From a virus (Duplodnaviria > Caudoviricetes): DNA of 24,326 nucleotides. The stretch is taken from positions 1 through 24,326 of IMG/VR virus record IMGVR_UViG_3300014613_000103; one strand, given 5' to 3'. The translations under genes were made by a program, and so were the position numbers. The notes beneath the pieces are model-generated. The model made no database searches and was not told the origin of the DNA. It was given only the letters and a program-made list of their open reading frames with translations. This document shows positions 8,601-17,007 of this stretch, one piece after another. Position 1 is the first letter of the stretch. Each line of letters begins with the position of its first letter.

Positions 8601-11600
8601 TATCAAATCTTTAACGCTCAGTATTCTACCAATAGCTGCCCTAGGCGCAAAGAATAAACCACTTAATTCAGGTGCAGTAACAGCGAACTTTCCAAGAGAG
8701 CCTCTAGCAGTAAAGTTGGCAAGGCTCTTTGAGAAGTCAACCATCTCTTTAGTGATAGAGAATGATTCACCCGATTTTAATGTTTTTTGTCCACTAGCAT
8801 ACATCTCTGATAATTTGAGCATAGCCTTATAATAGCTCTTGAAGATAAGCCAGTTATGGACATTGGTGCCAGTCTCAAACGCTCTTGCGGATAGTTTAAC
8901 CCAAGGGAGTTTTGCCGTTAGTCTTGGCAAAAGCCTTTTGACACCTTTGTAGAAACCGTATTCCTCAGTGCCTTTATATTGAGCAGTGCCTTTTAGTAGT
9001 ACGATGGGTCGGAGGAAATCGCCACCGTTCCTCTCACACTCTTCATAAATCTGATATAATGGGTCTCTAGTTATTCTTTCCCAAGAGGCCTCAGTAGATT
9101 TTTGACTCCATAAAGCCTTCCATGCCTCGATATTAGCCTGAACAAAAGAGATTGGGTGAGAAGCAATAAGAGGTGCTTGCTGTCTCCAGAATGAAAAGTC
9201 GAAAGATGCCTTGTTAGCTCTCAAAAAGTTGCCTATGTCTACAGGCAACATCCCTATCTCTTTTAAGGCACGAATGACATTATCCATAGCCGGTCTTGGC
9301 ATAAGGGGCATCTGATTTATGGCATCCTCAATCGGCAGTTCATACTTTGGCACTAGAGGGACTGGATATGCCTTATCTTTGGCTAGTGACATTTCAATAC
9401 CGTGTGTGTCCTTATTTATCTTACCTTCAGCTAATTGCCTATCTAGTTCTAATTTTCTTAAAGCATATTCCTTGGAAGTAACAGTTCTTAAATCCTCCAT
9501 ACTCTGTGGTATCCAAGGAGTCCCTATCATATTGGGAAAGCCCATCTGTCTCAGTTGCTCGTCAATCGCCATTTCTTGACCGGTTTCAGTGAGCCTAGGT
9601 ATAGTGGAAAGACTCCGTAGATAATCCAGCATATCTTGGTCAAGTTGAACTGGCGGGCCCGGGACACGAAATACCCCTTCTACCACATCTTCAAAAGGCT
9701 TACCTTGATTAAGTGCTTGTAGGACTTTGGACTCCCCACCAAAGACCCTTTCTAGTCTAAGATAAGCAGACCCACCACTAGGAAAGGCTTTAGAGCCAGT
9801 ACCAATCTTGCGAGGAATATCCCCTGTCCTTAAAGCGTGATGCAGAGCATCAATACCAGACATAAGTTCAAGCCAGTTTGGTTCTACATTAGTCCAGTAG
9901 TCATAGACCTTTGCCTCTAGGGTAGTCCTCATCTCATTGGAAAATTCAATCATAAACTGAGAATCTACAGTAGGTAACTTGCCAGACATGAACTCACTTT
10001 CGGCCTGTTTAACCGCATTGCCTGGTGTCTTGCCCTCTACTATTAACTCCTGTGCCCTTGCACTGGCATTACTAGCCCGCCTTGCCAAAACACGCTTTCG
10101 AAGTTCCAGAGTGGCTGCACGCTGGTTAGCCAGTTCCTTAGATTGCAAGGAGTCAGTAAATAATTGCACGGTCATATCTATCTCTTCCCTAGTTAAAGAA
10201 GTAACTCCCAAGACAGATAATGGAATCTCTTGAGCCTTGACTGATGGTTCAACGGTTGGTAACTCTTCTACTGGTTCTACTGGAGGCTGTTCTTTCACGA
10301 GTGGAGCTTCAACAGCAGGTGGCTTTATGCCCTCAGTAGAGGGGATTGTCTTAGATAAGAAACTATCATAAGTTTTTGCCATCTCATCAAGTTGTTTTGA
10401 GGTGTATCCCGAAAATTGCGATTTTACCCTCCCATGATACGGTATCTTCCGCAAGCCTAATTCATGATTTATGGCATCTAAACTGGACTGGATACGACTA
10501 CCTACCAGTGCAGCATCTTCGGGGCTTTCAGTGATTGTATCCTTGATAACTTGTAATGCTTCATTTCGGGCTGACGTTATGGATTGTCCGACCTTAGTTG
10601 CAGGTTGTTCGACAATCTTTGCTTGTTCAAGTTTTAATGCCTCATCCATTGAGATTTGAGTTACCCTACCTTTGCCTTCAGGTCTGACCTCTTTGGCAGC
10701 TATCTCTCCAGGTAACATACTGGGCTGTAATCCAGCTTCAGGCATCCCTGGCTCGGCTTTGGGGATTGCCTTTGCTAGTTCAGGATAGTCCTTCAGCACT
10801 TCAGCGGGTACTGGCTTGCCTTCGGAGAGAGCTTTCTGAACTCCATATTTATGCATAGCAGGAGATGTATAAGGTGGTTTTACATATTCCGCTTTGGTCA
10901 TCTGCCAGGGTTCTTTGGCTTTTCCCCCCGGTATCTCTACAAATCCAGCCTCCCCTTTTGCCAATGCCTTGCCAGTTGCTACTATCTCATCGTATGCCTT
11001 CTTAATAGCTGCTTCCCCTTCAGGGAGTTTGGCAATCTCGTTTAGAGCCTGCGCTTTCGCCTCTGTATCTTCAAGCCCAGCCACTTTATTCTCAATCAGC
11101 TTCTCTTGATATAAGTCTGTTAGTTTGGCAGGCTTCCCGCCCCGCAGTGTGCTCATTGATACAGCACCACCGAAGAGAGCAAAGGGGGTTACTGCTATCA
11201 AGGTCTGAACTGCCGTCTGGTTTATATTCCCGAATGGGTCACGAGTTTTATCAAAGAAACTAACTGTGTAATCTTGAATGACCTGCTGTGCTACCTCGGT
11301 TAATGTCTCAGTGAATTCCTCCGCAGTGAAGGTCGTCAGCCCTCTTTTTAGCATAGTGAGAACAGTTCTATTAACTAATTGCTTCTGCAAGCCCTTCTCA
11401 AACGGTTTTAATGCAGGGGATAAAGCCCTCAAAAGAGGAATTTCACCGACGACATCAAGACTGGCAATCAATGCGCCAACTGGCACGGCTAATTGATATG
11501 CCTTATCTTCAGGGGCGCCAGCAGATATTAAATCCTGTGCTACATCCTCAATCTGCATAGGTGCGAAGGTGGCGAAAGAGGCAGCCATACCGAGTATCGG

Positions 11601-13100
11601 ACTACCAGTTAATGCCGTCACACCAGTGAAAGCGCCTAATGCTGCCAGTGTTGGAGGAGCTGCTGCTACAAAAATATAGGCAGCAGCTCTAGGGTTCTTA
11701 ACATATTCCCCAATTTGCTCAAGTAAGGGCAACTTACCAGTTTGTTCTTGGAACTCTATTATATCAGCAGGTAGTTCTATTTCAGGATGCTTTTTCACCC
11801 AGTCGTCAAACTCAGCCTTTCCCTTTGTATAATTCTGAGCGAATGTCTGTCGGAACTGCTTGGCTTTGGCTATCTGTTCTGGTGATAATTCTGTAATCCC
11901 AGCAGCCGATACTTGAGTGGTCTCAATAGGTAACATAGACAATATCTTATTTATTGGTTGAGTAGTAGAATGCCACCCTTTTTTGAGCGCACCATAGAGT
12001 GTATTCCAGAGATTCTTCTGCGCTTCTATGTCTGGTGATGGTGGTATCGGTGCTTCCCCTTTTATCATTCGCTCAATATCTTCAGAAGACATCGGCACAG
12101 TCAACTGCTGAGGTTGTTTCCCCATTGCCCCGGCCATAGCCCCCATTGATATCGGCTTAGCTGGTGTTGGCGCAGGTGCTGGTGTTGGCGCAAAGAACTG
12201 CTCTATATCAGCATCGGTAGCCCCCAAAGCCTTGAGGAAAGCTACAGTCTTTTCATTCTTCCCAATATCAACGAGGTCAGCACGAAACTGCTCAGGATTC
12301 TGGTTCGCCATCTGGAATCCAGCCTCGATGTCTGTCTCGGCGTAAATTGCCCCGAAGACATCCCTTGCTAGATTCTCGAACTGCTGTGGTGCTATAGCCC
12401 CAGGCGTTCCTTCTGGCCCGACTCCAGGATGGGCTTTGTAATATGCTTCCCTGCCAGCAACTACCTCAGGAGCAACCTCAACAAACTCGCCCTTGTCATA
12501 ATCATAAGCCCATGCTCCTGTCGGTGGTGCCGCCTCTGGTACTACTTCTGGTGCTTGAGTAACCGCCTCTTGCCATCCAGTGCCAAAGAGTAAGTCAGCC
12601 TCTTCTGGCGTGATTATCTTATCTGCTAGTGCTTTCTCAGCTTGATAGGTATTTCCCTCAGCATTATAATACCCCTTCTGCTTCAGGAGTTCTAACTTCG
12701 TCTGATAGTTCTCGTAGTCCTGCTTTTGCTGTTCGAGGTCAGCCCAGGTGTATGCCTTGCCTGTTCCCTTGTATGCCTTGTCAAGCTGTACGATGCCAGT
12801 AGGAGTTATCTCCCAGTTAATATCGGGATTTTCCTTGTCAGGTACAATCTCTGTCGGAACATTCAAGCCAACCTCCGCCCAGGATGCCGCTATCGAACCC
12901 TTCTCAGCCGTTTTCCCTGGCGTCAGGCCTGTAACTTTGAGTATCCTATCTGGGGAAATATCCCAGCCATACTGAGTCTTTGCCTCACCAGGAGTAAGGA
13001 ACTGAGGCATAGACATAATATTAGCCATGCGCTGTGTCTTACGCCTGAACTCATTGAGCTTTCTATATTGCGCTTGAAGCCCGAATAACCCTGTCGTCAT
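5601..13100 (-). CDS. Giant (2499 aa) virion-associated polyvalent / DNA-ejection-like protein
   Basis: Uninterrupted 7.5-kb ORF between portal and scaffold. Gly/Ala hydrophobic stretch at ~11556-11688, PWQMT...ALSEGKPVPAEVLKDYP motif, a region resembling LPD38-type domains (VETDSRSAEYMSIRIGNTRIDPWGG) and C-terminal Tyr/Asp/Lys-rich repeats. Confidence 0.75.
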   Translation of the reverse strand: MTTGLFGLQAQYRKLNEFRRKTQRMANIMSMPQFLTPGEAKTQYGWDISPDRILKVTGLTPGKTAEKGSIAASWAEVGLNVPTEIVPDKENPDINWEITPTGIVQLDKAYKGTGKAYTWADLEQQKQDYENYQTKLELLKQKGYYNAEGNTYQAEKALADKIITPEEADLLFGTGWQEAVTQAPEVVPEAAPPTGAWAYDYDKGEFVEVAPEVVAGREAYYKAHPGVGPEGTPGAIAPQQFENLARDVFGAIYAETDIEAGFQMANQNPEQFRADLVDIGKNEKTVAFLKALGATDADIEQFFAPTPAPAPTPAKPISMGAMAGAMGKQPQQLTVPMSSEDIERMIKGEAPIPPSPDIEAQKNLWNTLYGALKKGWHSTTQPINKILSMLPIETTQVSAAGITELSPEQIAKAKQFRQTFAQNYTKGKAEFDDWVKKHPEIELPADIIEFQEQTGKLPLLEQIGEYVKNPRAAAYIFVAAAPPTLAALGAFTGVTALTGSPILGMAASFATFAPMQIEDVAQDLISAGAPEDKAYQLAVPVGALIASLDVVGEIPLLRALSPALKPFEKGLQKQLVNRTVLTMLKRGLTTFTAEEFTETLTEVAQQVIQDYTVSFFDKTRDPFGNINQTAVQTLIAVTPFALFGGAVSMSTLRGGKPAKLTDLYQEKLIENKVAGLEDTEAKAQALNEIAKLPEGEAAIKKAYDEIVATGKALAKGEAGFVEIPGGKAKEPWQMTKAEYVKPPYTSPAMHKYGVQKALSEGKPVPAEVLKDYPELAKAIPKAEPGMPEAGLQPSMLPGEIAAKEVRPEGKGRVTQISMDEALKLEQAKIVEQPATKVGQSITSARNEALQVIKDTITESPEDAALVGSRIQSSLDAINHELGLRKIPYHGRVKSQFSGYTSKQLDEMAKTYDSFLSKTIPSTEGIKPPAVEAPLVKEQPPVEPVEELPTVEPSVKAQEIPLSVLGVTSLTREEIDMTVQLFTDSLQSKELANQRAATLELRKRVLARRASNASARAQELIVEGKTPGNAVKQAESEFMSGKLPTVDSQFMIEFSNEMRTTLEAKVYDYWTNVEPNWLELMSGIDALHHALRTGDIPRKIGTGSKAFPSGGSAYLRLERVFGGESKVLQALNQGKPFEDVVEGVFRVPGPPVQLDQDMLDYLRSLSTIPRLTETGQEMAIDEQLRQMGFPNMIGTPWIPQSMEDLRTVTSKEYALRKLELDRQLAEGKINKDTHGIEMSLAKDKAYPVPLVPKYELPIEDAINQMPLMPRPAMDNVIRALKEIGMLPVDIGNFLRANKASFDFSFWRQQAPLIASHPISFVQANIEAWKALWSQKSTEASWERITRDPLYQIYEECERNGGDFLRPIVLLKGTAQYKGTEEYGFYKGVKRLLPRLTAKLPWVKLSARAFETGTNVHNWLIFKSYYKAMLKLSEMYASGQKTLKSGESFSITKEMVDFSKSLANFTARGSLGKFAVTAPELSGLFFAPRAAIGRILSVKDLINPNPRVRLEAWKNTSTFVGTFGGMILLGAMMGWWGVETDSRSAEYMSIRIGNTRIDPWGGYRQFLVFFTRAITKTGVSSVTGAEYKTDPLDLMQNFIRGKASPLASFFLDAWKGKNFVGEEFDVKNKKQWVERVAPFAVWDIYEAYQDDPIHALQSAIPAVLGAGVQTYTGDWNENAMKLGLPKYPDNLPYGITQPPYDVKDFWSDTASQFKGVDPATLTEKKGFPPRIKAIAEANQILEQTKDMPRVKLTSIPADPAKGLTFSDYYSQWRKREELVASGDKAVWVKKELQPDGSYKETTFKGDKALIEYDKYELTKNARLGNMTQTQFALLTRYHMLTGEEQKQFIKDNPGIDIDPYDEWLKSHPEENAKLAVWGQADILSSEAYAKASKLAKDLDIPDNALPDFGVPEDEETRKAYFEYHDIVDKFGYGSPEAHLLLLKNEKLHKFESPGWTNVIKVEDVGRPMGFVEKPILVPAWDGKPIPALEIEVKNRVLNDERKALTNDRDIKAWEAQNPSWVADKARIDAYKAQFAFDNTIADKKIVEDYVNFDKTPSATSLEGKLFRLEHPDFDKVWSEVAGWESLTDPTIPGYVKNIDALKLKIANKPQDDILSNILSDDDKLAYKLKLENKEYTLNTFRITALEDGMSKADADVEADFKYETLYYKSLTDEDKQSYFFDPENKEYALDTFRREAKAKDIPEGKIEAYALKEYKDKYFNTLNKTQQDEYLANDTGYHIERITETGTKAGVPTNFMSTYVKYELTPTEGQARERLLQGDQKYYNDVYLGILGGKPIDFTKVATERFETTFNTEYADAPDPELYRYLNPWFDEEGVSLGKWKPVFVKSVLARQLTIANKELDEEYTRKITPADKQQFQIEHPDWVISKIKIKGLNQGVPDNYIDNYVEYEAIPSAGWSQERYMITNRDYYTKVYKTILANKPMDFRNVPSEEVEYQYNVWLDLRGKAKFSWYKRHTALRRWLERRSKLRPSGATDYPEDEVT
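12160..12192 (-). repeat. 18-bp-period tandem repeat encoding a Pro/Ala linker (APTPAPAPTPA)
   Basis: gctggtgttggcgca occurs twice, 18 bp apart, inside the giant gene. Confidence 0.7.
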
Positions 13101-13283
13101 CTATACTCCTGCCACCGGAGGTTTAGGAGTGCCTAAGAGTTTCGCCTTGAGCATCCCCCACGGATTAGCTGGAGGTTGCCCTTGCGCCTGTGTTTGCTCC
13201 CCCTGCATTAGTTCAGAAGGCAATTTATCCTCCACCGAACATCGTAAAACCATCGCCTCATCCCACTTTATCCGTGTCGTCAT
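13101..13283 (-). CDS. Small hypothetical protein (60 aa)
   Basis: ATGA overlap with the portal stop and TAG-ATG abutment with the giant gene, indicating translational coupling on both sides. Confidence 0.7.
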   Translation of the reverse strand: MTTRIKWDEAMVLRCSVEDKLPSELMQGEQTQAQGQPPANPWGMLKAKLLGTPKPPVAGV

Positions 13284-15055
13284 TTCGCTACCGCCTTTGC
13301 TACCGTATTTGCCTCAAGCTGAGGTGGCAGAGGTAATCCACCGCCACCTCCAGCCAGTGATGTCATGCCTTTGGGTTTTACTTCCTCACGCTGCCCGCCC
13401 GGAAGTGGCGTAGTAGTGGCGGATGTCTGCGGTTGCATAGTTGCTTGTATTCTTGCTTTATCCGCCCTGCGCCTTAAAACACCCATCTCAGTCCAATACA
13501 TACTTTCCATATTAGCGAAGTCAGCCTCCTCCCCTTCCATATCTTTGGCTGCTCTTGCAAAGGAGCGGGCTGTCTCAAACATCCCCGTTGCTGGGTCAAT
13601 TTCCTCTGCTCTTTGAATACGCATATCTCGAAGTATCCCGTCAGGGTCTTCAGCTTCCATTGTGTTTTCAAGTATCCACCTGTCAGGTAGCCACCCTCGT
13701 TGAGATAACCCTATAACTGTATTGGCTATATTTACCTCTTTGGAATTGAGTTTAGGAATATATGTTATTCGGTACGTTGACGGGTCTCCTAGTTCATCCG
13801 CACTGTAGCGGTGTGTCATGCCTGTGATACCCATGTCAACTTCTTTTGACTTCTTAATATCTCCCAGTTTGATGTACTGGTCTATTATCATCCTCATGGC
13901 CTTCTGCTTGAATGTCGCCAGCGCATCCTGATACGGTGACAGCTTTTCCGCAAGGATAGCATTTTGTGTCGTTACCCATAGAGCCGTGTTCCCCCCTGTG
14001 TTATTTCCCGACTCAGTATCAGTTACGCCACCCCTCGCTATGTCCCTGTCTATCTCCATGGCTGCCTTTAAGTATGCCTGCGATACATCCCCTCGCTCCA
14101 TCCTGATGGGTTCTTCGCCTTTTTCAACAGGCACGACTTCATCAGGTAAAGCAGCAGGTTGGCCTATAAGTGCCTTACCCGGTAACTTCGGCTGAGTATA
14201 ACCAGGTATAAGGTTATCAAGCGCAAGACTCTGCGCTATCGATGCGCTCCTGTTGGCCTCATCGTATAACTTGCGGTCTAGCCAGTCGAAGGACTCACTT
14301 TCATGCTCCAAGAACTTTTTGCCCCTGAACTGGAAACCCGTTGACGTCTGTACCACTACAAACGGTGGCACTTTAAAATAATTTGCTTGTTCCCATATCT
14401 TGACCCCATTGATAGTTTGAGACGGAGTTGCACTCTGATTTATGTAAACCTCTTCCCCTTCACTGTCCCAGAGGTCAGATACCTCAATGCTATTGCCTGT
14501 TAGAGCATCTACCCCAGTACCTTTGGGATATGCCCTTTGTATCTGCGCCGCTGTCCTCCATGACCTTATGCAGTACCACCGGTTAAGCTCATAAGGGCAC
14601 CATCTCATGTCGAGAGGGAGACAGTTTATAACGAGCTTGCCTTGCTTATCAAAGTAGAGCCATAGCCTAGCTCCTATCGGGCCCCTGGTGACTACCTTCT
14701 TCGCCTGCCAAGTGTTCAACCCACCTGATAACCCATGCTCATTGGCAAGGAATTCGTCTATCTGTGCCCATACGTCATCACTGAACTGCTCAACATGGGA
14801 TATTAAAGTCTTGGATAGCTTATTAGACGACTCAACCTTAGTCTGCCAGAGTAACTTCAGCAGCTTGTCGGACATAACGTTGGCCTGCCAGGCTGCCGTA
14901 TTGCGTGTTACCGATATGGACTTCCGCACTTCTTCCCCCTCAAAGTTCGTGAGAGTGTACTTATCCTGAAGTAGTTTCATCGTGTCGTCCATGCGACTAT
15001 AGAGGTCACTACATTCCGCTATCTTCTCCTGAACCATCTTTAACTTATCTGTCAT
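13280..15055 (-). CDS. Portal protein (591 aa)
   Basis: Directly downstream of terL and of portal size. Helical N-terminus, PLDMRW and VPPFVVV wing/clip-like motifs, stem helix LSPYQDALATFKQKAMRMII, and a disordered Gln/Gly/Pro C-terminus. Confidence 0.8.
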   Translation of the reverse strand: MTDKLKMVQEKIAECSDLYSRMDDTMKLLQDKYTLTNFEGEEVRKSISVTRNTAAWQANVMSDKLLKLLWQTKVESSNKLSKTLISHVEQFSDDVWAQIDEFLANEHGLSGGLNTWQAKKVVTRGPIGARLWLYFDKQGKLVINCLPLDMRWCPYELNRWYCIRSWRTAAQIQRAYPKGTGVDALTGNSIEVSDLWDSEGEEVYINQSATPSQTINGVKIWEQANYFKVPPFVVVQTSTGFQFRGKKFLEHESESFDWLDRKLYDEANRSASIAQSLALDNLIPGYTQPKLPGKALIGQPAALPDEVVPVEKGEEPIRMERGDVSQAYLKAAMEIDRDIARGGVTDTESGNNTGGNTALWVTTQNAILAEKLSPYQDALATFKQKAMRMIIDQYIKLGDIKKSKEVDMGITGMTHRYSADELGDPSTYRITYIPKLNSKEVNIANTVIGLSQRGWLPDRWILENTMEAEDPDGILRDMRIQRAEEIDPATGMFETARSFARAAKDMEGEEADFANMESMYWTEMGVLRRRADKARIQATMQPQTSATTTPLPGGQREEVKPKGMTSLAGGGGGLPLPPQLEANTVAKAVAK

Positions 15056-15056
15056 C

Positions 15057-16415
15057 TTAGTTTCTCCGATACGAGGAATTACTTCTTATTGAACTTGGCT
15101 TACCAACTGTCACTGTCTCTGGTTTGAACTCATTGTCACTGGCTATGTACCTTAAACACGCCAGAAGGTGATAGACCTGCTCGTCTTTAATATCATTAGT
15201 AGGCTTATTATTAGTGTCCAGCTTCCACATGCAGTTACTAATCTCACTGAGTAGCCGCCATAAGTCCTCAACGATATAGAGTTTGTTACACTCCTCCAGG
15301 CTTATCATCCGGTCTATCTGGCTGTTCTTCTTGTCTAGTCCTGGTGGTAGTATAGTCCACCCGGCACTGCCGTAGCCTTGTCTTATCTCATCTTCAGTGG
15401 TGAGATTCCCCCCCCTGCTTCGCTTGACTTGATAGTCTGTAGTTAGCTCTTTGAATCTCTCTATATGCTGAATCATAGAGAAGCCAGCGCCAGGCGCATA
15501 CTCCCTGAAGATAACTAAATCATTTTGTCTCATGTATGCCGGCGCACCAGAGGGGAGAGGTAGCTTAACCCTGGCTATAAATAACCCAGCTGGATTGGCA
15601 GAGCCAAAGTCATGGCCTGAGAATATATCCCAGTTCTTCGGTATATCAAACCGCTTGACTTTACATAATGTCTCATTGAACTTACTATGTACCAGCCAGG
15701 ATGTTTCTATCTCGTCATCCTCGGCCATAATCTCCCGCCGGTATGATTCAAGACTCATGTCAGTAGATATAAGTTGTAGAGCCTCGGCACTAATGAAGGG
15801 GTTATCATGACTTGTGAAGTGGAATGCTTGCCATAAGCCGGTAGTATCGGTTAGAGCAGCCTTAAACATCTTTGAGGCGTGGCGGGGGTCTCTGGCCTTG
15901 GATACGCCGGCAGTCCGCAATGACGGGGGCGTATAGATGAATAGAGCATCGCCGTTATTATCGAGCAGCATAGGAGCTCCGACTTCCCCCCAGGTGTCCT
16001 CATTCATTAGTTGCCATTCGTCAAGGGTTAACTTGTCAGCATAGTCACCACGGAGGCTATCAGCATTCCAGGCGGTCTTGGCCTTAATGCGGTTTTCCGT
16101 GCCTGGCCTTTCAACGTAGTCCTCAGCCTCATTCAGTTTGAATACTCCAGCCTTCACTGGCTCGGCTAGTGCCCGCTTTACCTCAAACCAGTATTTACCC
16201 TTTTGCTCATCCGTAGGAGTAGCATAGAGGACCCTCTTACCAGCAAGGAAGGACTGGACATCGGAAGTAGCAGCGCCAACCGTCTTCCCACTACGTCGAC
16301 CAGCTTTGACAATCTTCCTCTTCGCCTTGCTGTTAATGAAGGCAGCTTGGAAAGGGTGATTGCTAGAGTTACGGAGGTGTACCAGGTACTCCCTCTGTGC
16401 TTGTGCTACTGTCAT
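15057..16415 (-). CDS. terL: Terminase large subunit (452 aa)
   Basis: Walker A AGRRSGKT, Walker B LTLDEW, coupling motif YTPP, SHDNPF, REIMAE and RNase H-fold first motif SGHDFG. Confidence 0.92.
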   Translation of the reverse strand: MTVAQAQREYLVHLRNSSNHPFQAAFINSKAKRKIVKAGRRSGKTVGAATSDVQSFLAGKRVLYATPTDEQKGKYWFEVKRALAEPVKAGVFKLNEAEDYVERPGTENRIKAKTAWNADSLRGDYADKLTLDEWQLMNEDTWGEVGAPMLLDNNGDALFIYTPPSLRTAGVSKARDPRHASKMFKAALTDTTGLWQAFHFTSHDNPFISAEALQLISTDMSLESYRREIMAEDDEIETSWLVHSKFNETLCKVKRFDIPKNWDIFSGHDFGSANPAGLFIARVKLPLPSGAPAYMRQNDLVIFREYAPGAGFSMIQHIERFKELTTDYQVKRSRGGNLTTEDEIRQGYGSAGWTILPPGLDKKNSQIDRMISLEECNKLYIVEDLWRLLSEISNCMWKLDTNNKPTNDIKDEQVYHLLACLRYIASDNEFKPETVTVGKPSSIRSNSSYRRN

Positions 16416-16749
16416 ATACTACCTTTACTATTACTGGCCCGCCGCCTTCGCCACTAATAGGCTGAGCTACTTTCCCCTCTACTCTATCCCAGACTTCCTT
16501 GAATGGCACTGCTTCCCGCTTGAGAGCACCCTTAAGAGTAGAATAAATAAGGTGGGCATGAGCTGGGGCCTTGTCGCTGGGTTTCTGCAATTCCTTAACG
16601 AGCGCATCTTTCAAGAGAAGAGTCAGACTGCACCCGGGATGCGGGTTGCCATTAGTTCCTGGGGGGAATGGTTTGAGGTTCTTCCGAGAGTTAGGATGTT
16701 CTCCCCACTTAAACTTCTTTGGCGTTGGAGGAGTTGGATTAGTAGTCAT
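16369..16749 (-). CDS. terS: Terminase small subunit (DUF5681-like N-terminus, 126 aa)
   Basis: NLKPFPPGTNGNP and DRVEGKVAQPISGEGGGP motifs; overlaps the terL start by 47 nt. The track TTG start at 16785 is the -35 box of the promoter, so ATG 16749 is preferred. Confidence 0.75.
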   Translation of the reverse strand: MTTNPTPPTPKKFKWGEHPNSRKNLKPFPPGTNGNPHPGCSLTLLLKDALVKELQKPSDKAPAHAHLIYSTLKGALKREAVPFKEVWDRVEGKVAQPISGEGGGPVIVKVVYDSSTSTEGVPGTPP

Positions 16750-16756
16750 GATAAGG

Positions 16757-16785
16757 AGTATAAAGCAAAAGGGAAAATTTGTCAA
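16757..16785 (-). promoter_or_regulatory. Sigma70-type promoter for terS and the packaging operon (leaderless)
   Basis: TTGACA (16785-16780), 17-nt spacer, TATACT (16762-16757), then 7 nt to ATG 16749. No Shine-Dalgarno on this strand. Confidence 0.8.
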
Positions 16786-16825
16786 GTGTTATGGTAAGTT
16801 CATATGTAAAATAGGAAGATAGCCT

Positions 16826-16849
16826 GAAAGGAAAGGGCGCAAGCCCCCC
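16826..16849 (-). terminator. Candidate weak intrinsic terminator
   Basis: Minus strand GGGC-TTGC-GCCC followed by TTTCCTTT. Short stem and interrupted U-tract. Confidence 0.3.
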
Positions 16850-16962
16850 TAAAAAAATAAAAGGGGTATAAAGGGGAGATGCAATAGAAGGAAGGCTGGT
16901 GGGGTAAGGGGGGAAAGATAGGTAGATTAGGAAGAAGCGATTAGCAATAGCTATGGCGACTT

Positions 16963-17006
16963 GTGCTACGCTACGCTTGTCGAGTGCTACGCTTTAGCAC
17001 TACGCT
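16963..17006. repeat. Clustered CTACGCT repeats with a 7-bp inverted repeat
   Basis: GTGCTACGCT at 16963 and 16984 (21-bp spacing), GCTACGCT at 16970 and CTACGCT at 17000. Inverted repeat AGTGCTA-cgctt-TAGCACT at 16983-17001. Confidence 0.7.
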
Positions 17007-17007
17007 A

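Noticed and set aside
5601-13100. Tape measure protein or virion RNA polymerase
   Set aside because: No regular tape-measure periodicity or adjacent tail tube/chaperone genes, and no DxDGD-type or other polymerase motif found by eye. Remote homology is untested.
129-16822. Plus-strand ORFs in the track across the structural module
   Set aside because: All are shadow ORFs opposite a nearly gap-free, translationally coupled minus-strand operon and show no recognisable motifs.
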